Of a stretch of DNA of 64,000 nt, positions 1 to 13,612 are shown one piece after another. The stretch spans positions 327,570-391,569 of the forward strand of contig CAVZCU010000015.1 in the NCBI GenBank assembly GCA_963773845.1, read 5' to 3'. The notes beneath the pieces were generated by a model, which made no database searches, was not told where the DNA came from, and was given only the letters and a program-made list of their open reading frames with translations. Made by a program: the position numbers and the translations under genes. Origin of the DNA: an uncultured Gemmataceae bacterium (GTDB lineage Bacteria; Planctomycetota; Planctomycetia; Gemmatales; Gemmataceae). Numbering within the stretch: position 1 is the stretch's first letter; each line of letters opens with the position of its first letter.

Positions 1-765
1 TGAGCTTCGCCGTCAGCCCCGACGGTCGCCGGGCGGCCAGTTGCCACAGCGACGGCGGGCTCGCAGTATACGAAACCGCTACTGGCCAGTTGCTACGCGC
101 ACTTTCAAGGGCATCGCGACAGCCTCATCGCGGTTGCCTGGACGCCCGATGGAAACCGCGTGTTGTCGGGAGGCGGCGATCACCAAGTCTTGGTTTGGGA
201 TGTGTCGCTCTCCGCGCTGGCCGGAAAGTCCGCCCCCTTGTCCGCCGCCGAGCGCCAGAAGGCGTGGGACCAGTTGGGTACGATCGCGGCAAAGGAAGCA
301 ATCAAGACGATGGGGGCAATGGCGACAGACCCCAAAGGCACTGTCGCCTTTCTCTCCGATCGGTTGAAACCCGTCCCGGCGGAAGCGGCCGACAAGCTCG
401 ATGCCATTTTCCGCGACCTCGATGACAAACGGTTCGCCGTTCGCGAAAAGGCCTCTCGCGACTTGTCTACGCTGGGCCCAGGCGCGATTGCCGGGGTTCG
501 CCAACGGGCGGCCAAAGCAATGTCGGAAGAAGTTCGTCGCCGAGCCGATCTCTTTCTGAAGCGGCTCGAGCGCGAAGATATGACGCCCGAGCGGATCCGG
601 TTTCTTCGAGCGCTCGACATTCTAACAGCGATGAACACGCCGGCAGCGCGTGCCCTCATCGAGAAACTCGCGGGAGGAGTCGACGAGGTGTGGGAAACGG
701 AAGTTGCCCGGCAAGTTCGGCGGTCGATCGGCGCCGACGCCCGACAGAACAAGCGAGGCGAATAG
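1..765 (+). CDS. WD40-repeat protein, C-terminal part (gene starts upstream of window); apparent +1 frameshift near 105-112 joins frame 3 (SFAVSPDGRRAAS..ATGQLL) to frame 1 (FQGHRDSLIAVAWTPDGNRVLSGGGDHQVLVWDV)
   Basis: WD40 motifs in two frames; GH/WD dipeptides; C-terminal helical domain continues to stop at 765. Confidence 0.6.
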
Positions 766-869
766 GAGGAGTAACGACGTTACAGCTACTTCAGGTTTTG
801 CTCAATTGGCCTGCGGGGGCGGTTGAGCGAATTCTATCGTGAATTTCCAATCAAAAGTAACTTGCCGAT

Positions 870-1661
870 ATGTCCGATGGCGAGGCCTTTCTTCTCGTTG
901 TGCTCGCACCAGTCGCCGCGATCTACTGGGGCGCATGGTTTCGCGCTGCATTCCGGACGTGTGCGCTAGGGCGTTCCCATCGTCGGCTCGCAATTCTTTC
1001 CGCGGGCCTGTTGCTTGGCATTGCGATCGTCTTGATCACGTTGTTGACCGCCGCCGACCCGGTCGTGCGGAATAACATCGCCTACATCATCTTGTTCCTG
1101 GAGGTCGCGGCTGTGGCATTGGCCGCGGCGACGGCTGCCGTTTCGGTGATCGGCCTGAGTCCTTTGGACGATGCGATTCGTCGTCCGAACCCAGCGGCCG
1201 TTTGGGCGACGACCGGATTGTGGATCGGCATCAGCTTGGCCATCGCTGGCGCAAACGTTGGCCGTGGCGAGACGATTGGCACAACCAATGGGCCGCTGGC
1301 CCTCGGCGTTACCTCGATCGTAGCTCTATGGGCCATGTTCGCAGCCGTCGCGGGATTATCGTCGATTACACAGGATCGCGATCCATCCTCTGGGATTCGA
1401 TTGGCAGGGCTCACCATCGCCTGGGGATTGATCATTGGTCGAGCAATTGCCGACGACTGGGAATCGGTTGCCGGCACGCTGCGAGACTACGCGACACAAG
1501 CCTGGCCAACCGTCGTCTTGCTTGCATTCGCGATTCCCGTCGAGCGGCTGTTACGGCCAAGTCTGAAAAGGCCATTCCCAAAGCCGATCACTGGATTCGG
1601 ACCGGCGGCTTTTTATTTGCTGGTCGCAATCGGTTGGGTAATTTGGCTGGGCAAGCCATGA
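870..1661 (+). CDS. multi-pass integral membrane protein, hypothetical
   Basis: 263-aa ORF with 6-7 hydrophobic helices; stop overlaps next start (ATGA). Confidence 0.5.
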   Translation: MSDGEAFLLVVLAPVAAIYWGAWFRAAFRTCALGRSHRRLAILSAGLLLGIAIVLITLLTAADPVVRNNIAYIILFLEVAAVALAAATAAVSVIGLSPLDDAIRRPNPAAVWATTGLWIGISLAIAGANVGRGETIGTTNGPLALGVTSIVALWAMFAAVAGLSSITQDRDPSSGIRLAGLTIAWGLIIGRAIADDWESVAGTLRDYATQAWPTVVLLAFAIPVERLLRPSLKRPFPKPITGFGPAAFYLLVAIGWVIWLGKP

Positions 1662-2908
1662 AGCGCGTCTCGCCATGCCGGCTAAACGAATGGCAATTTC
1701 GCGACCCGCTACCGGCCGACCTGTATGCGACGTTGCGTCGCAAGATGATGCTCGATCATTTCAAGTGGGATCCGCAGGTGGGCGATGTCGAAACGCTCGC
1801 GCGATTCCCGATCGTGTTGCCGGCAGGCGTCGTGTCCGACCTGGCGACGATGGCCGAATCTCTGGCGGCGGAAACGACGACCGCGGAAAACGAGCTTCTG
1901 GGCCGACCCGGACTGTTGCGGAGGTTGGGCCTTCCTCGCCTAGTTCGTCGGGTGCTCGCCGACGACTCCACTCTACCGACGCCAGCAGCGGCCCGCGTCA
2001 TTCGATTCGACTTTCATCCCACCACTGAAGGCTGGCGAATCTCGGAGGCGAATAGCGACGTGCCTGGGGGTTACACGGAAGCATCGCATTTCCCGCGGCT
2101 CATGGCGGAACACTGGCCCGATTGTCACGTGGTCGGCGATCCGCTGACGGCACTCATCGAAGCGATTTGCTCGAACCTCGGTGGACCTGGACGAATCGGA
2201 TTCCTGGCCGCGCCGGGATTTATCGAGGATCAACAGGTGGTAGCATGTCTGGCGGATGCATTCGGCCGACGAGGCTGGACAACCATCGTCGGCAGGCTTG
2301 GGCAATTGGTTTGGAACACGGGGAATGCGGATCTTAAAGCGCGAATGGACAACTGTCGGCTCGATGCGGTCGTGCGGTTTTTCCAGGGCGAATGGCTTTC
2401 CCGGATTGCCAGCACATATTGGACCCCACTCTTTCGCGGTGGCCGCACACCGGTCTGCAATCCCGGAATCGCCCTGTTGACGGAGAGCAAGCGTTTTCCG
2501 CTCATTTGGGACGAATTGAAAACGCCGCTGCCAACCTGGCGAACACTGTTGCCGGAAACCCGCGATCCTCGGGCAATGCCCTGGCGGGATGACGGGAGAT
2601 GGCTGCTCAAGCCGGCGTATGGCAACAATGGCGATGACGTCATTGACCGTCGATTCAGCACATGTCGCAGTTGGCGGAATACAAAGATCGCCATTCGTTT
2701 TCGGCCCGGCAGTTGGCTTGCGCAGCAACGCTTCGACGCATTGCCGATTTCGACGCCGGACGGACTGAGGTACCCGTGCATGGGCGTCTACACAGTGAAC
2801 GGACGCTATGCCGGGATCTATGGACGCATTGCCGCCACGCCATTCATCGATTATTCAGCAGTCGACGTGGCGGTCCTGATGCGCGGCGATTCGGAGGGAT
2901 CGGCGTGA
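1658..2908 (+). CDS. glutathionylspermidine synthase-like (GspS/YgiC/YjfC family, circularly permuted ATP-grasp) protein
   Basis: 416 aa from ATG 1658; family-typical length and motifs (LLKPAYGNNGDDV, C-terminal YAGIYGR); the ORF-track 568-aa version is an upstream extension overlapping the membrane gene. Confidence 0.65.
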   Translation: MKRVSPCRLNEWQFRDPLPADLYATLRRKMMLDHFKWDPQVGDVETLARFPIVLPAGVVSDLATMAESLAAETTTAENELLGRPGLLRRLGLPRLVRRVLADDSTLPTPAAARVIRFDFHPTTEGWRISEANSDVPGGYTEASHFPRLMAEHWPDCHVVGDPLTALIEAICSNLGGPGRIGFLAAPGFIEDQQVVACLADAFGRRGWTTIVGRLGQLVWNTGNADLKARMDNCRLDAVVRFFQGEWLSRIASTYWTPLFRGGRTPVCNPGIALLTESKRFPLIWDELKTPLPTWRTLLPETRDPRAMPWRDDGRWLLKPAYGNNGDDVIDRRFSTCRSWRNTKIAIRFRPGSWLAQQRFDALPISTPDGLRYPCMGVYTVNGRYAGIYGRIAATPFIDYSAVDVAVLMRGDSEGSA

Positions 2909-3660
2909 CGCGCGACGAAATCTTTGCGGCCTGGTCGCCGCCCGGCGCAATCTGGTCGAACTGGACGAAGCCCGCGCTGTTCGCTCGCTTGCCATGTGAA
3001 GTCTCCGCGACGGACGGCGGTGCAAATCTGGATGTATCTTGGGCGCCGCCTCTCGCGGAGCGCGTCGCCCTAATCGTCGATCTGCCCGGGGCGATCAGTG
3101 TTCGTTGTGGACTTGCGCTTGCGTCGCTTGGCTATCGCCCGGTTCCACTCTTTAATGCGGTCCCACCGCCCGCTGGATCGGCCGCTGCGTCCGTGGTGGA
3201 CGTTGAGCCGATCCTGAATGCACTTCAGCAAGGCGCACAGCGGCTTCAGGAGTTGTCGATCCCAACGGAGGCGCCGCCCGCTTTTCTGATGGATGCGAAC
3301 CGCCAGGCCAATGAACAGCCTCTATTGCCCGGCACATTCGACAACCGTTCGGTTGTGTTCGTTAGCGATTTTCCCTCGGCGGCCCGACTGACCGGACAGG
3401 GAATCGCACGAGCACTGCTCGTCCGTGAACATGCCGCCGGGCTCGAAGCCGATCTCACTTATGCACTTCAGATTTGGAAGCGGGGAGGAATCGACTTGTC
3501 GGCGAAGTGGTTGGAGAACTCCGATTTGCCGACAGCCTTCAACTTGCCGCGGCCAAGTTTTTGGTCCGGTTTGCGGCTCCGCCTCGCCGACTTATTCGGC
3601 TTGCGCCGGAACGCGGCAGGTGAGTTTGGCGAATTCATTCCTCGCGCAGCAGGTGGATGA
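2905..3660 (+). CDS. hypothetical protein co-transcribed with the GspS-like gene
   Basis: GTG start overlapping upstream stop (GTGA); 251 aa; no recognisable domain. Confidence 0.4.
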   Translation: MTRDEIFAAWSPPGAIWSNWTKPALFARLPCEVSATDGGANLDVSWAPPLAERVALIVDLPGAISVRCGLALASLGYRPVPLFNAVPPPAGSAAASVVDVEPILNALQQGAQRLQELSIPTEAPPAFLMDANRQANEQPLLPGTFDNRSVVFVSDFPSAARLTGQGIARALLVREHAAGLEADLTYALQIWKRGGIDLSAKWLENSDLPTAFNLPRPSFWSGLRLRLADLFGLRRNAAGEFGEFIPRAAGG

Positions 3661-3704
3661 TGTCGTCCAGAGCATCTGGGGTCTTTTCCCAATTGGTCGG
3701 GTAA

Positions 3705-4205
3705 TTACCGGTGATCCCCGAGCCGCCTGGCGAGTTGGAACCGTTCAACGACTGTGAGTTCACCCGCATCGAGCCAGATAAGTTGACAGTGTTCACACGA
3801 ATCGATGACCGCATTGCCGCCAGCGCCGTAAGCGTGCGTATCCATTCGTTGCTTGCATTGGGGACAATGCGTCACGCGATGGAACTCGACTGGATCGATT
3901 GGTTCGGACTCGACGATCGGTGTCGATTGCGTTTCGGGGCAATGAGCGACGGTCACGGCGAAATGCTCGCTGTCGATGAGTATGCCTCGGCACATCAGGC
4001 AATAACCAACGGTGTCGCCAAAGAGTGCGGCGGCCATGAGCGGCCGTTGACTGCAACACGGACAGTCCAATCCACGCTCACGGTCCAGGAGGATCAACCC
4101 TTCATTGATTGGCTCCGGGAATTGCACGGACTTGCAATAGGGACATCGAAGGCAGGTGCGATTGGGAACCGGCTCGAGCGCAGCACCACAATTTGGGCAG
4201 TTCAT
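3705..4205 (-). CDS. zinc-ribbon domain protein (multiple CxxC pairs, TFIIB-type Zn-ribbon-like)
   Basis: CPNC..CPYC, CPCC, CPQC..CEHC motifs. Confidence 0.5.
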   Translation of the reverse strand: MNCPNCGAALEPVPNRTCLRCPYCKSVQFPEPINEGLILLDRERGLDCPCCSQRPLMAAALFGDTVGYCLMCRGILIDSEHFAVTVAHCPETQSTPIVESEPIDPVEFHRVTHCPQCKQRMDTHAYGAGGNAVIDSCEHCQLIWLDAGELTVVERFQLARRLGDHR

Positions 4206-4333
4206 CTGCGTGTCTCGGAGGGAACTTGGCTACAAAAAGCGTAGAACATTGGCCGCAACCGTGCAATTCAATGGCGGATATTGTCCATTGCGAATGGAAA
4301 CTATGAGAACCGTTGTTTTCAAATTCATGCCGG

Positions 4334-5086
4334 TCACTTTCGCGAATCACAAACTTTCCGCAAACTCTTGGCGAGTTCCTCGATTCTCCGGTGACATTCC
4401 ATTCGCGACGCCGCAAATTCCTTCGGATTGGGCTTGCCGCTCTTCAGGTAATCCAGCACCACCGACTCCGCGGCCATGAACTCCGGACATGCATCGGCGA
4501 CGGCTGATGCGAGATCGACCGGAATCTCCGTCACGCCGTTGCGATCGCCGTGCAGCAGATCGCCGGGGCTGACCGTGATTCCGCCAACGCGAACCGGCAC
4601 GTCAATGTGGACGATTTGCGAGTAGCCGTGCGAGCAGGTCGTGCCATTCGTGAAACAGGGAAACTCGAGCGCTTCGACCTTATCGAGATCGCGGCCGGTT
4701 CCGCTGGTGATCAGACCGGCTGCGCCGAATGTCTTGTAGGTGGTGCACATCACCTCGCCAAACGTTGCCGCCGTGCACGGATCGTCAAGGTCTTGAAAGA
4801 CAATGACCGGCGGTCCGGGATAGTCCGCAATCAATTCCACTTGCTTCGCCAAGCCCGCATAGACATCCCCCGATCGCGGCGGCGAGCCGGCACGAAACGT
4901 CGCGGTACACGCATAGCCGACCATCGGCGACAGCTTGGGATAGCAAGCCCGAATGCGACAATCCATGTAGCCGGACGTGCGCGGCCGGCAGTCGAAGAGT
5001 TCGAGCACATTGCAAATCGTCGGCGTGTCGAATTGGCGCAGACGTTCGAGAACGGTTGCGTTGGCAGTTGGGAAGGACGGCATTGC
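4334..5086 (-). CDS. RraA-family protein (RNase E regulator / 4-hydroxy-4-methyl-2-oxoglutarate aldolase-like)
   Basis: RraA-like fold motifs (GDVYAGLAK..IVFQDLDD..GLITSGTGRD); start taken at MPSFPT. Confidence 0.65.
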   Translation of the reverse strand, partial: AMPSFPTANATVLERLRQFDTPTICNVLELFDCRPRTSGYMDCRIRACYPKLSPMVGYACTATFRAGSPPRSGDVYAGLAKQVELIADYPGPPVIVFQDLDDPCTAATFGEVMCTTYKTFGAAGLITSGTGRDLDKVEALEFPCFTNGTTCSHGYSQIVHIDVPVRVGGITVSPGDLLHGDRNGVTEIPVDLASAVADACPEFMAAESVVLDYLKSGKPNPKEFAASRMECHRRIEELAKSLRKVCDSRK

Positions 5087-5315
5087 TGGCTCCGCTTCTG
5101 TTTGACGCCTCCGAGGCGAATCCGCGGCGTGCAACCGCGAGTTAGTCAGCTATAAGCCGACGAACACTACAAGATTTCGGCGCATGGGCAGTTCCGAGAT
5201 CCAAGGATGATGATGTAGTTTGTACGCTGGCTATCACCGGTGAGGAGCGATTGTCTCAATTTGGTTGGCAACTCGATACAAATCCCCACAACCCGCAACG
5301 ATTCGGAGCCGACTC

Positions 5316-6419
5316 ATGCCGACTGTCGCCGAGGTCTGTGCCTATCTCGATCGCTTCGCTCCGCCTGCACTCGCCGCGGAGTGGGACAATGTCGGACTGT
5401 TGCTCGGAGATGAGGCCGCGGTGGTTCGCCGAGCGCTGACATGCCTCACGATCACGGCCGCCGTCGTGGACGAAGCTTTGACCGACAAGACAGATCTCAT
5501 CATCACCCATCACCCGATCCTTTTTCGCGGCGTGAAGCGGTTGTCAACAACAACGGCCGAGGGTCGGCTGCTTTGGCCGTTAGCTCGGGCCGGGATTGTC
5601 GTGTACTCGCCGCACAGCGCATTCGACAACGCGGCCGGCGGCATCAATGACTCACTGGCGACTCGGCTTGGCTTGATCGACGTTGAGCCGTTGCGCCGCC
5701 GCGAGGGTGAACGGCAATGCAAGGTTGTCGTCTTCGTCCCCGATAGCGATCTAGCAAAAGTGTCCGATGCCATGTTCGCGGCCGGCGCCGGCATCATTGG
5801 TCAATACGAGCAATGCTCGTTTCGTCTGGCGGGGACCGGTACTTTTTTCGGCACCGAAAGCACGAATCCGACGGTTGGTGAAAAGGGCCGCCGCGAAGAC
5901 GTCAGCGAATGGCGGCTGGAAGTGATCTGCCGCGAAGCGATTCTGCCTGCGGTAATTGCGGCAATGCGCAAGGCCCATTCCTATGAGGAGCCGGCATTCG
6001 ATGTCTACCAGTTGAAAACTCTGCCCGGACCCGGTGGCGAGGGGCGAATCGGCAACTTGCCGGCGGAAATGCCACTACGAGAGTTGGCCACGGTGATTCG
6101 CCACAAACTTGCTGCTGGCCCGACGCAAGTCGTCGGCGAACTCGACCGTCCGGTGAAGCGAATCGCAATCGCGTGTGGCGCTGCCGGCGAGTTCCTGGCC
6201 GATGCAATCAAGGCGAAAGCCGATGTGTTCTTGACTGGCGAGATGCGCTTTCACGATTACTTGAGCGCGGAGACGCAGGGAATCGCGCTCGTGTTGCCGG
6301 GGCATTACGCCACGGAGCGTCCAGCGGTGGAGGAGTTGGCCACGCGGCTACAAAGCGAGTTCGCGGGGGTGAACGTGTGGGCGAGTCGGCGGGAGGCGGA
6401 GCCGGTGCGGTGGGTATAA
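5316..6419 (+). CDS. Nif3-family dinuclear metal centre protein (GTP cyclohydrolase 1 type 2 homolog)
   Basis: N-terminal WDNVGLLLGD..ITHHPILF and C-terminal GHYATERP motifs with PII-like insert. Confidence 0.8.
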   Translation: MPTVAEVCAYLDRFAPPALAAEWDNVGLLLGDEAAVVRRALTCLTITAAVVDEALTDKTDLIITHHPILFRGVKRLSTTTAEGRLLWPLARAGIVVYSPHSAFDNAAGGINDSLATRLGLIDVEPLRRREGERQCKVVVFVPDSDLAKVSDAMFAAGAGIIGQYEQCSFRLAGTGTFFGTESTNPTVGEKGRREDVSEWRLEVICREAILPAVIAAMRKAHSYEEPAFDVYQLKTLPGPGGEGRIGNLPAEMPLRELATVIRHKLAAGPTQVVGELDRPVKRIAIACGAAGEFLADAIKAKADVFLTGEMRFHDYLSAETQGIALVLPGHYATERPAVEELATRLQSEFAGVNVWASRREAEPVRWV

Positions 6420-6452
6420 CGCTTTCAACTGACTCAAGGAGCCCATCACGCA

Positions 6453-7027
6453 ATGCCCTCGAATTCGCTGATCCGCTGGAACGGCGAGCGAACCGAAGCG
6501 CTCGATGAAATCGAGAACGCCCACGTCATGGTCGGCGGCTCCGAACGCGGCCGTCCCTATGCCACGCAGCAGATCAATTATGCCTACGCGGCCCTCTTGT
6601 CATCGCATTTCCAGGGCTTCTGCCGCGACTTGCATTCGGGGTGTGTGGAACAAATTGTGGCGATTGTGCCGATGCAGATTCAGGACGCTGTGCGAAACCA
6701 GTTCATTTGGAATCGGAGTCTAGGACGAGGGAATCCGCACCCCTCGCGATTGGTTCGGATTTCAATCGGTTGGGCATCGACTTCTAGCCAGCAGTCTTGG
6801 CCTTGGACGCGCGGCACGGACGTCGGCGCGAGTTGCTTCAAGCATTAGTCGACTGGCGAAATGCAATTGCCCACCAGGACTTCGACCCAGTCGCGCTTCC
6901 CGGCGCACCGACTCTGCATTTGGCAACAGTCAGAGGATGGCGGAGGTCGATCAACGTGCTAGCCCACAGTTTCGATCAGACGATGTACAATTATCTTAAT
7001 GCGGTCACAGGCGTGGGCCCATGGTAA
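6453..7027 (+). pseudogene. HEPN-domain protein (MAE_28990/MAE_18760-like family, Rx4H motif WRNAIAHQ) disrupted by a frameshift near 6740 and an in-frame TAG at 6785
   Basis: N-part in frame 0 (…ATQQINYAYAALLSSHFQGFCRDLH…GNPHPS), middle (…AIGSDFNRLGIDF*) and C-part (…LLQALVDWRNAIAHQDF…) in frame 2. Confidence 0.55.
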
Positions 7028-7048
7028 AAGTTTGCCGGAGGATGAAAC

Positions 7049-7270
7049 ATGGCTGAGCGACGATTTCACAGGGGCGATGTCGTTGAATTCGATTTCGGCA
7101 TCTACCACGTCCAGGGAGTTGTGAGAGAGGACCGCGGCCCGATTGGCATCGGAGGACGTCGGCTCTACCTCTTGGAGTTCCGCAAAAGCCCCCGGTCCGA
7201 GACGGTTGATGAGATTGAGTTGCCGGCCGACAGACTTCAACTGGTAGCGGATGCGGCGTCGGCGAAATGA
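7049..7270 (+). CDS. small DUF4926-like protein (73 aa)
   Basis: FHRGDVVEF…GVV…YLLEF…ELPADRLQLV pattern resembles DUF4926; family assignment from memory only. Confidence 0.4.
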   Translation: MAERRFHRGDVVEFDFGIYHVQGVVREDRGPIGIGGRRLYLLEFRKSPRSETVDEIELPADRLQLVADAASAK

Positions 7271-7306
7271 GCGAGGACGGCGCTGTACGGTGCCGCATTC
7301 ATATCG

Positions 7307-7630
7307 ATGACAATTCTCGACGTCGCCGCTCGGCTCAACACGCTCGATGACCTTGGCGTCATCTTTGCATCTCTAATCGATGGCGAATTCATGCCCGAAT
7401 CGCAAGCGGTTATCGTGGCCCTGACCGACGCAGAATTGAGCGAGAATGTGAGCCAAGTTGCAAATGGTCGCTGTCCGGGATTGGTTTACTGCCTGGAAGT
7501 GTCGGTTGCCAACGAAGCAGTTACGGTTTGGTCGCTCTGGCGAAATGGACGAATTCCATCCGCGATCGAATCAGCCCAGGCTATCTGCCACAAGGCAAAC
7601 GCCGACCCTTGGGGTCCTCCCGTCACATAG
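7307..7630 (+). CDS. hypothetical protein (107 aa)
   Basis: ORF with ATG directly after the preceding small gene; no recognisable motif. Confidence 0.35.
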   Translation: MTILDVAARLNTLDDLGVIFASLIDGEFMPESQAVIVALTDAELSENVSQVANGRCPGLVYCLEVSVANEAVTVWSLWRNGRIPSAIESAQAICHKANADPWGPPVT

Positions 7631-7744
7631 TTTGCGATTGGCATTGTTACCCCGTCTCTCCGCCCTTGCACTTTCCCCCCGCTTCGGCTATCAGGCCTCC
7701 CGCGCCCGGACTACGGGCGCATCCTGGCAGGAGGCCTTGGCTGG

Positions 7745-8680
7745 ATGTCGTCACTTCCCGCTGCGCGACGGTTGGCTCGCTTTCCCAAGCTCGATTTGCG
7801 GCCGGCGTATGTCACCTCGATGGGCCGAGCCTACCTGGCCGATGCGATTGATGTGCTCAAGCAGCTCCCGGACGATTCGATCTCGCTGATTGTCACCTCG
7901 CCGCCCTTCGCTCTGATTCGGCAGAAGGCTTATGGCAACGTCGCGCATGGCGATTACATCGAGTGGTTTTGGCCGTTCGCCGAAGAGATTTACCGCGTGC
8001 TGAAGCCGGATGGGAGCTTTGTTGTCGAAATCGGCGGCGCTTGGAATTCCGGTAGCCCGACCCGATCGCTGTACCAATACGAACTCGTTATTCGCCTGTG
8101 CAAGATGTTCCACCTCGCCCAGGACTTCTACTGGTTCAATCCTTCGCGCTTGCCCACGCCGGCCGAGTGGGTGACGATCAAGCGGACACGCGTGAAGGAT
8201 GCCGTCAACCCGATCTGGTGGCTCTCGAAGACCGAAAACCCGCAGGCGGATAACCGGCAGGTGCTGCGGCCCTATAGCAAGTCGATGAAGCGGCTTTTGC
8301 GCGATGGCTACGACGTGGCGATGCGGCCGAGCCAGCATGAGATCGGCCCGCATTTCGGTCGCGACAATGGCGGAGCAATCCCGCCCAACCTGATGAGCGT
8401 GCCCAACACGCGGTCAAACGAGACCTATTTGCACCGCTGCAAGGCGGCCGGTATTGCCCCGCACCCGGCGCGCTTTCCATATGAGGTGCCGGAGTTCTTC
8501 GTGCGATTTCTGACGACGGAAGGGCAGCTCGTCTACGATCCATTTGCCGGCAGCAATATCACGGGATTTGCGGCCGAATCGCACGGCCGGCGCTGGATCA
8601 GCACGGAGATCCAGCCGCAGTACGTGGAAGGCTCGCGATATCGCTTCGAGGAACCGGCCGGTGACCGCCGGGCGGCGTAA
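7745..8680 (+). CDS. site-specific DNA methyltransferase, beta-class, probably N4-cytosine (M.PvuII-like)
   Basis: motif IV TSPPF near the N-terminus and motif I VYDPFAGSNITG near the C-terminus (IV-then-I order is beta-class; SPPF is typical of m4C MTases). Confidence 0.85.
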   Translation: MSSLPAARRLARFPKLDLRPAYVTSMGRAYLADAIDVLKQLPDDSISLIVTSPPFALIRQKAYGNVAHGDYIEWFWPFAEEIYRVLKPDGSFVVEIGGAWNSGSPTRSLYQYELVIRLCKMFHLAQDFYWFNPSRLPTPAEWVTIKRTRVKDAVNPIWWLSKTENPQADNRQVLRPYSKSMKRLLRDGYDVAMRPSQHEIGPHFGRDNGGAIPPNLMSVPNTRSNETYLHRCKAAGIAPHPARFPYEVPEFFVRFLTTEGQLVYDPFAGSNITGFAAESHGRRWISTEIQPQYVEGSRYRFEEPAGDRRAA

Positions 8681-8718
8681 TACAGATCGGTGAACCGGCA
8701 GCGTGGGCAGTGTCCTGA

Positions 8719-8782
8719 TTTTTGTGGCATAGGCCTCCCGGCCTGTGAGTTCGCACAGGCCGGGAGGCCTATGCCACAAAAA
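8719..8782. terminator. perfect 29-bp-stem hairpin (loop AGTTCG) with T5/A5 flanks; bidirectional terminator between convergent genes
   Basis: tttttgtggcataggcctcccggcctgtg-agttcg-cacaggccgggaggcctatgccacaaaaa. Confidence 0.75.
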
Positions 8783-8829
8783 CAAACAGCGACCCGGCAA
8801 CGCACGCAGCCGGTTCGCCGTTGCCCGAG

Positions 8830-9549
8830 TCAAATCCGTCGGCGGTCGCGCTGCTGAGCCAGGTTGCGTGCGAATGATTCCTGCAGAAAACGATGTACGG
8901 CCGCCAACGTCTTCAAGTCTTCCTGCGACGCGACCATTCCACTCGACAATTCAACCGTCTCGCCGATCACCAGTTTCTCGACCTCTTCAAGCGCGCTCGG
9001 CAATCTGGCTAGTGCTTCGTCGACGGCCTCGCCGTGAATGCTGTCGGCAAGTCCCCAGAAGTTTTGCGCGTCTATAAAAGTGATTTCGCGCTTCATGCCG
9101 GTCTTGTACAGGCGAACCGCTTTCGCATTCAGCAGGTTGACCAGATGATTTTCGAGGTCCTTCGGCACCTTGATCTGGGCGAGAGCACGGCGTTTGGGCA
9201 ACGGCGAGTCGTCACCCTCCAACACTCGGCGAGCCTCCTCGCGTCCCTGGCGCGAAAGCGTGTAAAGCTTTTGCCCCATCTTCACGAGCCAACCGCGCCG
9301 CGCTAGACCGCGTTCACCCATGATGCACGCCAGCACGCGATTCGCGTCCGGATATTGCTCGGTGAACCCCTTCAAGCCAAACGTGTTCGGACTCTCCTTC
9401 CAGGCGGCGACGATCAGCGCTTCGGCGCTGAACGGCGTGTTCCCCTGTTCCTCCAGGTGAAACGCAGCCAGGATGATCTTCTGAGACACGGTAAGTTCGG
9501 CGACTGCGCTCACACTTCTGCTCCCAGCCGGAAGTCTGTTCTGTCGCAT
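8830..9549 (-). CDS. hypothetical protein (239 aa), convergent with the MTase; candidate cognate restriction endonuclease or regulator
   Basis: clean ORF ending at the shared hairpin; N-terminal winged-helix-like region; no recognisable nuclease motif. Confidence 0.45.
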   Translation of the reverse strand: MRQNRLPAGSRSVSAVAELTVSQKIILAAFHLEEQGNTPFSAEALIVAAWKESPNTFGLKGFTEQYPDANRVLACIMGERGLARRGWLVKMGQKLYTLSRQGREEARRVLEGDDSPLPKRRALAQIKVPKDLENHLVNLLNAKAVRLYKTGMKREITFIDAQNFWGLADSIHGEAVDEALARLPSALEEVEKLVIGETVELSSGMVASQEDLKTLAAVHRFLQESFARNLAQQRDRRRI

Positions 9550-9920
9550 GTGAATAGGGAATCATCCGGCCCAATTGGCGATGCCGCAAACGAATCCATT
9601 GCGTTCCCGGGCTTCGGGGCCGTTGAAGAGTCTACCCGAGCGGACTTCCTGTCGCGTTCCGTAGTCTTGGCACGATACGACCAGCCGTCGCTATTGCTAC
9701 ACCCTCGCGCAATCCGAATCGGACCGATGTCGCCGGAAGCGGTTATTCCTCGGATACGGCGATAACTTTTAACGACCACGAAAGCGATCCGGATCGCGGG
9801 ATTTACCATATCTACATGCAGCTGACGCCAGCTGAAATGTACCGATGTCCGGTTGTGGCAAATGTACCGGTCGGAGCAGCGGGTCGGATAAATCGCCGGA
9901 CCCCCGATAGGACTAAGGGA

Positions 9921-9955
9921 AAAGGCCGACATGTCTGGATCGACCAGACACGTCG
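9921..9955 (-). terminator. hairpin downstream of the 1104-aa PSCyt2/PSD1 gene
   Basis: ggccgacatgtctgg-atcga-ccagacacgtcggcc, one mismatch. Confidence 0.5.
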
Positions 9956-10009
9956 GCCCTACGCATATGACCGCTGAACTGCCAGTAGACGAGTCGCCAA
10001 GACGACAAC

Positions 10010-13324
<3,315 letters not shown>

Positions 13325-13612
13325 GCGATCACCTGAAGACTTAGGAGAGTTAACTGGCGGGACCGTGAGCGAGTGAGCACGTGGGCGACGTTCGGCGGGA
13401 TGAGAGAAATTGTAGCAGATTTCGGAAGCAAATTACAGAGGTAGGCCTCCATTGCAGCCCTGAGGAATCAGTTTTTGCGGGAAGGTTGATTTTCGTTTGT
13501 GGGGCATTGATGTGACGTCGGTGCGCACCGGGAGCGAGTTCTTTGCTTTCGACCTGAATTCCCATCCGAAGCACGGACCGTTATTCCCGGAGATTTGGTC
13601 AGGCGGGGATAT

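Noticed and set aside
1202-2908. 568-aa ORF as the GspS-like gene
   Set aside because: The first ~150 codons overlap the preceding membrane-protein gene in another frame; the family-typical start is the ATG at 1658 overlapping the upstream stop.
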